A DNA stretch of 64,000 bases from Octopus vulgaris. Lineage: Eukaryota. Position 1 is the stretch's first letter, and the number at the start of each line of letters is the position of its first letter. Below, piece after piece: positions 12,990 through 26,065 of this stretch. The stretch is taken from contig OX597820.1 of the NCBI GenBank assembly GCA_951406725.2, positions 34,100,001 through 34,164,000 on the forward strand, written 5' to 3'. The notes under the pieces were generated by a model, which searched no databases, was not told where the DNA came from, and saw only the letters and a list, made by a program, of their open reading frames with translations. Made by a program: the position numbers and the translations under genes.

Positions 12990-15129
12990 ATGTATATGTA
13001 TAAAAATGTTGTATAGGGGTGGGCACTCTCATGGTAAACCTACAACTCCAACATAAATATAAACATATCAACTTCAGATTATTTCTAAACATAACACTGA
13101 CTGCAACCTGGCTTTATCTTTGTTTTTAAGTCTGTATTATTAGAAGTGAAAACAAAACAGACCCTGATTATAGTTTGATAGTGAAAGTACAGGATTATTA
13201 TGAAAAGAATTTACCATTTTGGTGGATGGATGGATGGATGGATGGACAGCACTCGTTTGGGATATCTGGAGTATATGGTATATACATATTGTATCTATGT
13301 ACATATGTATGTACATATGCATATGTTTGTGTGTGAGTAAATACACACACACACATACACACACATCCATATTCTGAATAAAAACATGCATTTCATATTA
13401 AATAGACCAGTATTTGATATTCAGTTTGAGCCTCTGATTGAACCTGCATTCAGCTAGCTAAAAGAAAAACAAAATGAATGGGAAAGTAACTATATAATCA
13501 TCATCATCATCATCATCGTTTAGCGTCCGCTTTCCATGCTAGCATGGGTTGCACAGTTCAACTGGGGTCTGGGAAGCCAGAAGGCTGCACCAGGCCCAGT
13601 CTGATCTGGCAATGTTTCTACGGCTGGATGCCCTTCGTAATGCCAGCCCATGCCAAAAAAGACATGGGATCTCAACAGAGTTCTCCAGCTTGTTGGATCC
13701 TGATATGCCATCCAACCAGTGCCAACATAGAAGATAAGCATTAATGATGATGTTGATGATGATGTATGTGTGTATCTATATATATATATATAGACACACA
13801 TATATATACACACACACACACATGTATATATTCACATACATACAATTTCCTTCCTCCCCATCACTTTTCTAACTGCAGTTCTTCCTTGATACCACTTATT
13901 TTTCTTACTGCCTAAAACCATTTCACTTCCTATCCACCCATCATCTATTAATACTATTCTTTGCACCCACACTTTCATTGATCACCCACCTCCACTGAAT
14001 CAACAACTATCCTCCCCTACCACCCCATCATGTACTACATCTGCCCCTCTCTTTCCTACCCACTCTTGTATTTTACCTGTTATTATACTTCTCCTCTCTA
14101 CCATTTCCTTGTTAATATTCTGCTGTTCAGTACTGTCAGTCAACACCTACTCTCATCCCTATCACTCTCTAGTTCCATTTGATCATCCCCAACCTCTCTT
14201 CTAAAACATGAGAAATCAACAAGCAATTTATACTCAAATTGTACTTAACAGCTGTTTCATTAAGATAAACACCATTAAATGTATAATTACATAGAAGTGG
14301 TACTTGATTAACTGAAATTAATGTAATTTAAATCAAATATAAAAGTAGCGATATCAAATATAAAAGTGAAGATATGTTAATCAGTAAACCAGTTAGACAG
14401 ACAGACAGAGAGATGTAATATAAACAACTGTATTTGAGTTTAATGTTTTTTAAAGGACTTTTTCATTATTTCCTTATTAATGTTTATGAATACATAAGCA
14501 TTAATATGGAACATTATCTCACATTCCCAGATATCCTTGGACTTATTTTTTTTGGAGTGAAGTGCTTATCGTTGTTGTTTAAACCCAGATCAGCCCTATG
14601 AAAGACATTCTATACATTACCATTTCAATAATAATGATGATAGTGGCATAGTTTATCTAAGGATATGTGATCAAATGCCTTGCCTCCCACCAAAAATAAA
14701 AAAAAATGCTTTAAAAACGAGAAGAAAAAGTGTTGTAGGTGAAATTTAGCTGGTGTTTCTAGAGGATCTCTTGACTTCACAGAGACTCCCTTATTGGCTC
14801 AGCTGGAATGAAGTGATTGTTAAGGGTGAATGTTATTGCTGTTTTATTGCAGAGGCAAGAAACACAAAAATCATCTTATGTTTAATGAGGATGTAGTTAA
14901 CTGCCAGCTTTTTGAAAGTATATATGTATTTTAGCCATGTAACCGCACATGCTGTTCATGAAATTTTTCCTTCTCTGGACTTTACTGTTCCCTTTCAGAT
15001 GAGGACCAATGCTCAAAAATTTACAAACCCACTATTTTTTCCACCTGTACCGAGCATGTCCTCTTGTTTTGTTATTGTTATTTTTAATGTTCAATTGTTA
15101 ATGATCAACTTTAAATATTTGATTTGACT

Positions 15130-15180
<51 letters not shown>

Positions 15181-15189
15181 TATATATAT

Positions 15190-15389
15190 AGGGAGAATTT
15201 ACAAAAAAACAAAGGACAAAGACAGGTGGTTTAGACAACAAACAGATGTATTAGTTTAACACTCGTGAAGTGAGAAAGTCTTTACCATTTCAAGCCTACG
15301 CTCTTCCACAGAAAGAAACAAGGAGAGAAAATAAAGAATGTGTAATGGCTAGCGATCTACCATGGCAAATGCCAGACAGAGGGGTCACC
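15190..15389 (-). mobile_element. Penelope-LTR-like (TA)n-embedded element with a variant hammerhead motif
   Basis: Minus strand 15278-15316 reads TCTTTCTGTGGAAGAGCGTAGGCTTGAAATGGTAAAGA. TA repeats flank both sides. Confidence 0.65.
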
Positions 15390-15414
15390 ATATATTTATA
15401 TATAATAAGGAGTG

Positions 15415-15445
<31 letters not shown>

Positions 15446-15834
15446 AAATATATATGTGTGTGTGTGTGTGTGTTTATATATACAAACACAGATGCACACA
15501 TATTGATATTCAGATATATTATATAACAATAAGATGAATAACAGCTGACACAAGTATATATATTGCTACCATTCCTCCCATTCACATACCAAAATGTGAG
15601 TATGTGTGTGTTTTTGCGTGAGTCTATATATCATGTACATATATTTATTTTTTTGCATACACATACTCACATATATACACACACATTATCATGATCTTCA
15701 TCTTATACTATATAAACTACAAGAACATGTATATTATCAAGACTCATGACAAAAATCACATATGCACTACCTTCACCACCACTACAATCAACACCACCAC
15801 TCTTACTACAGTTGTTAATACCACTACCACTTGC

Positions 15835-16172
15835 AGAGACCCCCTTCAGTCACAAATGACCATGGGATTGCACCTAGAAAGTTACCCTCTGAGGCACAAG
15901 TCCGGGCAAGGTTGTTTATGGAAGACCAGCAGTCGCCCATGCCTACCAGCCTCCCCTCTCCATGCCACCGATGTCATCCAAGGGAAAGGCAAATGTCGAT
16001 ACAGCTTGGCACCAGTGACATCGCAACTCATTTCTACAGCTGAGTGAACTGGAGCAATGTGAAATAAAGTGTCTTGCTCAAGAACATAATACGCAGCCGC
16101 CCGGTCCGGGATTCGAACTCACAACCTCACGGTCATAATCTCGATGCTCTAACCAGTGAGCCATGCCCCTTC
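15835..16172 (-). mobile_element. SINE family C (tRNA head plus CORE-like domain), tail type 1
   Basis: Head GGGCATGGCTCACTGGTTAGAGC...GAGTTCGAATCCC and core TTCTTGAGCAAGACACTTTATTTCAC. A second copy lies at 33733-34028. Confidence 0.85.
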
Positions 16173-16332
16173 ACTATCACTACTGATGTCATTACTATCA
16201 CTACTACCACCACACTGTACTTGTGGTACAAGTACAGTGCTGCTCCCCACCAATCACCAATACCATTGCCAACAGCATCAATAGCACCACTACCGTTTGT
16301 CATTATCTTTCCCAACAATGCCAACATCAATT

Positions 16333-16520
16333 AGGGAGTCGAGTCAATGAAGGAGTTGAACCAATGGGTGGATCAAACCAATAACAAAGTCAGAGCAATG
16401 AGGGAGTCAAAGAAATGAGGGAATCAAGGCTATGAGGTAGTCACAGCAATGAGGGAGTCAAAGCAATGAGGGAATCAAAGGATTGACAAAGTCAGAGCAA
16501 CGAGGGAATTGAACCAGTAA
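16333..16520. repeat. Diverged 17-bp minisatellite, ~11 units
   Basis: Unit approximately GAGGGAGTCAAAGCAAT. Confidence 0.8.
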
Positions 16521-17214
16521 GAGAGATGATTCAACAAGGAAGCCTCTACATGGTTGTTTGACTTGCTAGAATTAGCAACCAAATTTACTTCAAGTTAATT
16601 AGCAACCGAATCTACAATAAATTGTTTTGTTTTTCTTTTATTTTATTCTGAAGAACCTGAATTCTCACGATCTTTAGTTTGATATGGTGAAACCAATGGG
16701 AGAAATAATGCAACATCTGGGCCTGTGCTAAAAGAAAGAAAGATAATAACAATTGGTTCAATGGACTGGAAATTTCTGAGAATCCAGGAGATCATCACTG
16801 ACTTTTTTTATTGATATAAGCAGCTCTCCAACTGAAGTTGCTGTTGGCAATTTATTGTTAAGACTCTGATATTGTTAGACACCATGTGAGAGTCTCCAAA
16901 TGATAGAGAATACAACTGTTTAAGTACATCCTCTTTCCCAAAGTGGATCAACTCAAATTACTCCTTGTTTAGCAACAAGATTGTTAAATTTTGTCCGTTA
17001 ATTTACAGAATGTAGGTCATATCAGGATTTTATCTGGTTATCTATTCTGTTGTCAATAACTTTCTGAAGCTTAGAAGCTATCTGTATCCATTTATGTTTT
17101 AATGTGTTTGATGACATTTTTAATGTTGTTTACATAAAGCATGAATGAGAAGCTGAATTAGAAGCTAGAATTGCACAGTAATGCAACCACCACAGCATTT
17201 GTTCCTGAGAAGAG

Positions 17215-17700
17215 GTTGGAAAAAAGCCAAACTCACTATCTTCATTTTAGTTTGCTTGTCTATTCTCACCTGTATTCATGTTGGGTATTTACTCACCTAT
17301 ATTCAGTTGGGTAATTACTGACAAAGTAGAATGGCAAATACACATGGCAAAAATAGGATTCCTTAGAGGGTCCCTGGAGTAATGGACGGTATGTAGCTCG
17401 GAGTTCATGGAGATTCTCCAGGTCAAACTGTTACTTCTCCACATTCAGAGATCACAGCACCGATGCTATAGACATGTGATTAGAATATTGCAGGGAAGAA
17501 ACGCAAGATGGATTTTACAAGCCAAGCCAACCTGCAGGAAGCCAAAGGGTGACCCAAGAACAACAAGGAGGGATAAAATCCACAGTCTAGTTTGGTAATG
17601 CCTGGGAATCCAGATGGAAAGTCTGATGATGGTTGCTTCAGATAAAACCCTATAGAGGAGTATACAAGAACTCTACCCTAACAACCCTCCCAGAAATAGT
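17215..17700 (+). mobile_element. Old RTE-clade (Rex3/Expander-like) LINE 3' fragment
   Basis: SSEFMEILQVKLLLLHIQRSQHRCYRHVIRILQGRNARWILQAKPTCRKPKGDPRTTRRDKIHSLVW resembles the RTE C-terminus EPLLLRIERSQLRWFGH..R.RGRPRTRW. Confidence 0.7.
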
Positions 17701-18217
17701 GGGGGGAGGGGAGATGGCTAGATGAATGAAGTGATGTGGACCCAAAATAGAGTGCTGTAAGAGACAACACAGATAAATTATGCTGGGCTTGAACGGATTC
17801 AGTTGGTCAAATGTTTGGTCAAACATACCAGGAAATACTAAATCCAGTGCAGTATATGCTATTTTTTACTTTTTACTTGTTTAGTCATTAGACTGTGGCC
17901 ATACTGGGGCATTGCCTTGAAGAACTTTTAGTCAAATGAATCAACCCCTATCCTTTTGGGGTTTTAAGCCTGGTACTTATTCTATCAGTCTCTTCACCAA
18001 GTAAACATTGGGGTTCAATGCAATCACATGGCGTTGGGGGTCCTGTCAAATCATTTGACTTATGGCAGCATGGGCAAACAGGCATTAAAAGAAGATGATG
18101 ATGATGTTGATGATGATGATGATGCTATATTGCCACATACATATATATAAATAAATACAGAGAGCGAGGTGAGAGACAGTCAGGAAAGAAAAGACAGACA
18201 GGCAGATTAAGCCAAGC

Positions 18218-18249
<32 letters not shown>

Positions 18250-18845
18250 TGAGAGAGGGAGAGAGATAGAAACAGTTACGCAAACAAAAAGACAGACAGA
18301 CACACAAGGTTAGACTGACAGACAGGCAAACAGGCAGATAGACAGACAATAAGAGACATTCCTCCAAGAATGTAAGATGTTTTCTTCTGGTGAAAATTTC
18401 CATTTGGAAAATACCAGAACTGACTTTGTGAAGTAGCAACAGCAGCAGCAACAACAACAACAACACTAATAGCAGCAGTAGTAACAATCCTAACAGCAAC
18501 TGCATTGACAACATCAACCACAACAACAACAAGAACTGCAGTAATAACAACCACAGCAGCTGTAACAGCATAGAGTTGGCAATGTGTGTGTGTGTGTGTG
18601 TGTGTATGGGGTTGGTTGCAGGAGTGGTGCACAGAGGAGGAGGGAGAGGATATCAAGGACAATAACTATGTTTATGATGATGATAATGATGATTGTTACT
18701 GCCAGATCAAGAAGGCCTAAGATGAAAAGGAGAAATGACAGTGATGATGATAGCAGTAAGGATAATGGTGGTGACGATGATTATGATGACGACAACGACA
18801 ATGATAATGGTGATAACAATGACAACTAATGGTAATGATAATTAT

Positions 18846-19023
18846 AGGCATAGGAGTGGCTGTGTGGTAAGTAACTTGCTTACCAACCACATGGTTCCGG
18901 GTTTAGTCCCACTTGGGCAAGTGTCTTCAACTATAGCCTCATGCCAACCAAAGCCTTGTGAGTGGATTTGGTAGACGGAAACTGAAAGAAGCCCGTCGTA
19001 TATATGTGTGTGTATATATATAA

Positions 19024-19065
<42 letters not shown>

Positions 19066-19233
19066 GGAAAGTTTACGAAAATAAACAGAAGACAAAGGCA
19101 GGTGGTGTACAAACAAACAAATGTATTAGTATAGCGCTCAGGAATAGAAAAAGTCGTTTACATTTCGAGCCTACGCTCTTCCACAGAAAGATACACAGAA
19201 AAAAACAAGGAGAGAAAAAGATGCGTGTAGTAG

Positions 19234-19290
<57 letters not shown>

Positions 19291-19510
19291 CGTGTGTATG
19301 TTTATGCGTCTGTGTTCGTCCCCCCAACATCGCTTAACAACTGATGCTGGTGTGTTTACATCCCTGTAACTTAGCAGTTCGGCAAAAGACACCGATAGAA
19401 TAAGTACTAGGCTTACAAAGAATAAGTCCTGGGGTCGACTTACTCGACTAAAGGCGGTGCTGCAGCATGGCCGCAATCAAATGACTGAAACAAGTAAAAG
19501 AATAAAAGAA
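18846..19510 (+). mobile_element. SINE family A with a hammerhead-family element nested in its internal microsatellite
   Basis: Head 18846-19000 and tail 19290-19510, with an insert at 19063-19234. Confidence 0.88.
19063..19234 (-). mobile_element. Penelope-LTR-like (TA)n-embedded element with a variant hammerhead motif
   Basis: Minus strand 19154-19192 reads ATCTTTCTGTGGAAGAGCGTAGGCTCGAAATGTAAACGA. Confidence 0.7.
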
Positions 19511-19859
19511 TGAAAGAAAATAGTGATGTCAATAATGATGATGATGATGATGATGATGACCTGTTCTGATGGTGATAGTGGTGATGATTAATCCAACTAA
19601 TCAATACTGCACACCCACACACGATACAATCTGAGCCAAGTCACTTTTGTAGTATTAAGCAACATCAATATTACCATCACTATCACCATTATCATTACCA
19701 TTGTGAACATCATCATCATCACCACCATTCACTACAAACAGCAGCATCAATAACTTTCGAGATTTTATGGTTATTTATGGAAATACAATTTATTATTCAT
19801 GAGAAATGACTCAACACAACAAAAACAACAACAAAGATTTGCATAATAGTAATAACGAT

Positions 19860-21900
19860 AATAATAATTATCCTTTCTACTATAGGCACAAGGCCTGAAA
19901 TTTGGGGGGTGGGGATGGGGGGAGGTCACTCGATTACAATAATGCCAGTACTCAATTAGAACCTCTTTCATCAACCCCCCTCCCCCCGTAAGGATGAAAG
20001 GCCAAATCTGAACTTGGCAGAATTTGAACTCAGATCATAAATGAATGGATGAAATGCCGTTAAGCATATTGTCTGGCACGCCAATAATTCTGTCAGCCCA
20101 CTACCTTAAAATGGTATAAATTTTGGTACCAATGCCAGAAATTTTAGAGGGTTAGTTGATTACATCATCACCAGTGCTCTAATGGTATTTATTTTATTGA
20201 TGGTGAGTTGGCAGAATTGTTAGCACGCCGAGTATTTCGTCTGCCATTACGTTGTGTGTTCAAATTCCGCTGAGGTCGGCTTTGCCTTTCATCCTTTCGG
20301 GGTTGATAAATTAAGTACCAGTTACGCACTGGGGTCTATATAATTGACTTAATCCATTTGTCTGTCCTTCTTTGTCTTCTCTGTGTTTAGCCCCTTGTGA
20401 GTAGTAAAGAAATAGGTATTTCGTCTGTCTTTACGTTCTGAATTCAAATTCCGCCGAGGTCAACTTTGCTTTTCATTCTTTTGGAGTCGATTAAATAAGT
20501 ACTAATTACGCACTGGGGTTGATATAATCAACTAAATCCATTTGTCTGTCCTTGTTTGTCCTCTCTGTGTTTAGCCCCTTGTGGGTAGTAAAGAAATAGG
20601 TATTTATTTTATTGACCTCAAAAGAATGAAAGGCAAAGTCAACCATGGCAGCATTTAAACTCAGAATGTGAGGCCTGAAGAAATACTGCTAAGCAGTTTG
20701 TACAGTGTGTTAATGATTTGATCAACTCACTGCCTTAAAAAGGCTTCAGATTTTGGAACAAGGCCAGTAATTTGGGGGGGGGGTGCACTATTCAGTTATA
20801 TTAACTCAAGTCCTCAACTGGTTCTTCATGATAATAATAATAATAACCCTTTCTCCTATAGGCACAAGAACTGCAGTAATAACAACCACAGCAGCTGTAA
20901 CAGCATAGAGTTGGCAATGTGTGTGTGTGTGTGTGTGTGTGTATGGGGTTGCTTGCAGGAGTAGTGCACAGAGGAGGAGGGAGAGGATATCAAAGACAAT
21001 AACTGTGTTTATGATAATGATAATGGGGTACGTCAATAATCTTTTCTACTATAGGCACAAGGCCTGACATTTTGGGGGAGGGGGATGGTTGATCACATCA
21101 ACCCCAGTACTTAACTGGTACTTAATTTATTGACCTCGAAAAGATGAAGGGCAAAGTCGACCTCAGCAGAATTTGAACTCAGAGTGTAGCAGAAGACGAA
21201 ATACCTATTTCTTTATTGCCCACAAGGAGCTAAACACAGAGGGGACAAACAAGGACAGACAAAGGAATTAAGTCGATTACATCGACCCTAGTGCGTAACT
21301 GGTACTTAATTTATCGACCCCGAAAGGATGAAAGGCAAAGTTGACCTCGGCAGAATTTGAACTCAGAGCGTAGCGGCAGACGAAATACCGCTAAGCATTT
21401 CGCCTGGCATGCTAATGATTCTGCCAGCTCACCGCCTTTGGGGGTAAGTCAATAATATCAATCCCAGTGCTCAGGTGATACTTATTTTATTGACCCTGAA
21501 AGGATGAAAAGCAAAGTCAGTTCCTCACCCCATGGAATTTCAACTCGGAATGTAAAGACAGACAAAATTTTGGGGATGGGAGCCAGTCGGTTATACTAAC
21601 CCTAGTGCTCAACTGGTACTTGTATAAAAGTCGATATCCCCCATGGAATTTGAACTCAGAACATAAAGACAGATGAATGCCACTAAGCATGTCACCTGGT
21701 GTGCTAACAATTCTGCCAGTTCGCCACCATACTCATTGCCATAATAATAATAATTATTATTTCTAATTTTGAGGGGAGGGAGTAAATTAATGCCATCAGG
21801 CCTAGTACTTGACTGGTATTTAATGTTTCTAATCCCTAAAGAATGAAAGGGAAGTTAACCCAAGTGGAATTTAAACTCAGAATTGCAAAGCATTTTTTTT
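19860..21900. mobile_element. Cluster of nested SINE family B copies on both strands
   Basis: Repeated core GACCCCGAAAGGATGAAAGGCAAAGTCGACCTCGGCAGAATTTGAACTCAG. A plus-strand dimer at 20201-20598 is flanked by the 17-bp TSD GGTATTTATTTTATTGA (20184-20200 and 20599-20615). Confidence 0.9.
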
Positions 21901-22902
21901 CCAATGCGTTTTTTTTTTTTTACTTGTTTCAGTTATTTGACTGCTGGAGCACCGCCTTTAGTTGAGGAAATCGACCCCAGGACTTATTCTTTGTAAGCCT
22001 AGTACTTATTCTATCGGTCTCTTTTGCCAAACCGCTAAGTTACGGGGATGTAAACACACCAGCATCAGTTGTCAAGTTTACCATGGAGCTAAAACTAAAG
22101 AGTTTTAGAAAGACAGGACCAAAAGGACCGCACAGCCCTACACTGATCATGTTATGATGATAGTGCTAGAGGCGGTTTCATGATGGTTGTGATGTTGGTG
22201 GTGGTAGTATTGTTGGTGGTGTTGGTGACAGTGGCGGTGTAGGTGCTGTTGGTGGTGCTCTTGGGGTGTCGGTAAAGGCGGTCTTGGTGGTAATATGATG
22301 TTAGTATTAGTTGTGGAGGACATGATACTAGTGTTATGATGGTTGTGTTGTGATAGTATGATGATGATGGTGGTGGTGATGGGGTTGTTGTTAATTGTGT
22401 TGTCTTGTTGCAGTTAGTGTTTTAGATGATGATGATGATGATAATGATGACAGCAACAGGCACAATGATGGCAATGATGATGATGATGACGATAAAGATG
22501 ATGACAATGAATTATTAAGATAAACTGCTGCTCTATTGCGGGTTGTTCTGGTGTGTACCAGGGATAGACAAGGCCTTTAATTCCTGGTACTGTTAACTGA
22601 ATGTCACGGTATGTCCAAATATAGATAACATTGGGGAGAAGGGGAAGATATGAAGAAAAGCAAATACACGAGCACACACAAACACGAGCACACACAAACA
22701 CGAGCAGCTTATATATGCATATGTATATGAAGATACACACACACACGTGTGTGCGTGTGTTTATATATATATATATATATATATATACATACATACAGGA
22801 GTAAGTGTAAGAATAAGCCAGTTAGGCAGATTGATATACAAAGGATATTTAATACATTAAATACAAAAGATTTATACATGTTTAGATATATATACATATA
22901 TA

Positions 22903-22941
<39 letters not shown>

Positions 22942-23246
22942 GTGGAGGCGCAATGGCCCAGTGGTTAGGGCAGCGGACCCGCGGTCGTAGGAACGCGGTT
23001 TCGATTCCCAGACCAGGCGTTGTGAGTGTTTATTGAGATAAAACACCTAAAGCTCCACGAGGCTCCTGCAGGGGGTGGTGGCGATCCCTGCTGTACTCTT
23101 ACTTTCTCTCACTCTTTCTTCTGTTGGCCTGCTCGCTTAACCAGTGGGATGGCGTCATTTGAAGGCTAAAACAATGCGAAGCGCATTGTGACCAGCGATG
23201 TGTGGCAACATCTGAAAACCTGGTCGGTCACGGTGATCATGGTGAT
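22942..23246 (+). mobile_element. SINE family D (tRNA-Arg-like head)
   Basis: A box TGGCCCAGTGGTTAG, B box GTTTCGATTCCC, and a (CACGGTGAT)n-type tail. Homologous to 43756-44047. Confidence 0.85.
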
Positions 23247-23517
23247 ATATATATATACACACACACAAGATATATTCATGTATATGTATACATGTGTTTA
23301 TGTGCACGTGTGCGTGCATTTTTAAAAAATTCTTTCACTTGTTTCTGTCATTACACTGCAGCCAGGCTTTGCCATTGTCTTGAAGGGCTTAGTCAAACAA
23401 ATCGACCCCAGAACTTATTTTTTCTTTATAAACCCAGTACTTATTCAATCGGTCACTTTTACAGGGATATGAACTAATCAATACTGGCTGTCAAGCAATG
23501 ATGGGGGACAAACACAA

Positions 23518-23547
<30 letters not shown>

Positions 23548-23548
<1 letters not shown>

Positions 23549-23909
23549 CTTTTACTTGTTTCAGTCATTTGACTGCAGCCATGCTGGAGCACCACCTTTA
23601 GTCGAGCAAATCAACCCCAGGACTTACTCTTTGTAAGCCTAGTACTTATTCTATCAGTCTCTTTTCCCTGGGACGTAAACACCAGCATCGGTTGTCAGGC
23701 GATGTGGGGGGGGGGGAGCAAAAACACACACACACACACACACACATACATATATACGATGGGCTTCTTTCAGTTTCCGCTTACCAAATCCACTCACAAG
23801 GCTTTGGTTGGCCCGAGGCTATAGTAGAAGACACTTGCCCAAGGTGCCATGCAGTGGGACTGAACCCGGAACCATGTGGTTGGTAAGCAAGCTACTTACC
23901 ATACAGCCA

Positions 23910-23912
<3 letters not shown>
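23548..23912 (-). mobile_element. SINE family A, full length
   Basis: Reverse complement of 2499-2917. An additional older tail half lies at 23329-23520. Confidence 0.9.
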
Positions 23913-23945
<33 letters not shown>

Positions 23946-25805
23946 CATAAATAAATACATACATACATAGTCCTTTAGGGCCCTTGCTGATGCCATGTAA
24001 AAAGCACCCGTGTTGATGCCATATAAAGGTATCTATGCCGGTGCCACGTAAAAAAAGCACCCAGTACATTGGCATTAGGAAGGGCTTCCAGCTGTAGAAA
24101 TCATGTCAAAACAGACAATTGGAGTCTGGCACAGTTCTCCAGTTCCTGTCAAACAGTCCAATCCATGCCAGAAAATGATGATGATGATGATGATGATGGC
24201 AATAATGACAGGTCCCTTTCAGTTTCTGTCTGTCAAATCCACTCACAAGGCTTTAGTCGACCTGGAGCTATAGTAAAAGACACCCAAGGTACCACGAAAT
24301 GGGACCAAATCCAGAACCTTACTGGTATTTGTAAACCTGGGATTATAGTAGAAGACATGAAGACATTTGCACAAGGTGCCATAGAGTAGGAATGCAGGCC
24401 AAAATCCCATGGGTTGCCAAGTGAACATCTTAAACTACAGAACCATATATGTACCTATTCTCTTAATAATTGCTAAAAGTCACTCCAGTTGGTTCCTGTA
24501 GCTTAGGACATCACTTTGTATAATTTGCAAGATATCAAAGCTGATGACATGACAGCTGAAATTTATATAGGTTTGTACCACATTTTTTGTTAGACTGAAA
24601 CAACAGAGGTATTGTAGTCAGTCTTTGAACTGACAAATGTTATTGTGGATGTTGTGGTAGTTGGTATTAACCAGTCAGTGTTTACAAAGCCTTGCTTGAC
24701 ACACAAGGCAGTACAAGATAAAATCCTGTAAAATTTTAATGTTTGAGCAAACCTTGATGTTCTCTTTCATTTTATCACCACCACCACCACTGCTGCAAAA
24801 CCAACACCACCACCACCACCACAGCCATCTTCCCCCCTACCGCCACCTACACCATCACCACCACAGTGTGTCAATAAGAGCAAACAATTAACCCAGCGAA
24901 TAGGAAAAGTGCACACACATCACATGATGTGTGACAGATGACCAGATTTAACAATAATAGCAATAACAACAAAGCTGGCAACAATGACAGCAACAAAGCA
25001 ACAATGGCGCTTCTGCTTGGCTGGTCAACCTGCTAGAACTAGCAGTCAAATCCCCCTCAAATAACACACAGCTGCCTTCAAAGAAACAAAAGGATCACCA
25101 CCACCACCACCACCACCACTGTCATCGTCGTCACCATCACCATCATTATTATCGTCATCGTTGTCATCATTGTTCATCATCATCATCATTGTTATTTTAA
25201 TGTCCCCTTTTCCACATGAGTTGCATGAAATTTTTTGAGACACATTTTCTATGGTTGACTGTCCTTCCTGTTGCTAGCCCTCACCTGTTTCAAAATAAGG
25301 CAATATTTTCCTCTATGACCAGACATGTTTTCATGGAAAATTGAAAATTAATGACACTGCTGGTATAATGGCGACACTTGTTTATAACTATCATGTCTAA
25401 TGTCAAGACAAGGAAACAGTAACATGCACACACATACATACGCATAGACACACATATGCAATGGGCCTTTTTCAGATTCTGCCTACCAAATCCACTCACA
25501 AGACTTTGGTAAACCCAGAACTATAAGAGAATAACACTGGCCCAAGGTACCACATAGTGGAACCATGGCTGTCTTAACAGCATTATAGGCAAATCAATGC
25601 ATGGGGCCCTATAGTACCTATTTACTGACAGCAAGCCACAGCATACATAGATGAGAATTGGGCCCTTATTTGGAAACAAGTGAGGATTAGTGACAGAAAG
25701 AGCATCCAGTCACAGAAAATTCACCCCAACAAAAATTTTGTCCAATCTATGTAAACTTGGAAAATTAATGTTGATGGTTATATATATATAAGTATGTATG
25801 TTATA

Positions 25806-26065
25806 GTGGAGGTGCGTGGCTTAGTGGTTAGGGTGTCAGCACCATGATCGTAAGATTGTGGTTTCGATTCTTGGACCGGGCAACGCATTGTGTTCTTGAG
25901 CAAAACACTTCATTTCACGTTGCTCCAGTCCACACAGCTGGCAAAAATTAGTAACGCTGCAATGGACTGGCGTCCTGTCCAGTTGGGGAGCACATACGTC
26001 ATAGAAACCGGGAAACCGGGCCCATGAGCCTGGCTAGGCTTTAAAAGGACGCATTTATTTTTTAT
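25806..26065 (+). mobile_element. SINE family C, tail type 2
   Basis: tRNA head plus CORE-like TTCTTGAGCAAAACACTTCATTTCAC. Tail GGACTGGCGTCCTGTCCAG...GAAACCGGGAAACCGG. Confidence 0.85.

Noticed and set aside
22942-23015. tRNA genes (also 25806, 60799 and 62285-62340)
   Set aside because: tRNA-like A/B boxes run into SINE bodies or are decayed, and no complete cloverleaf is evident.
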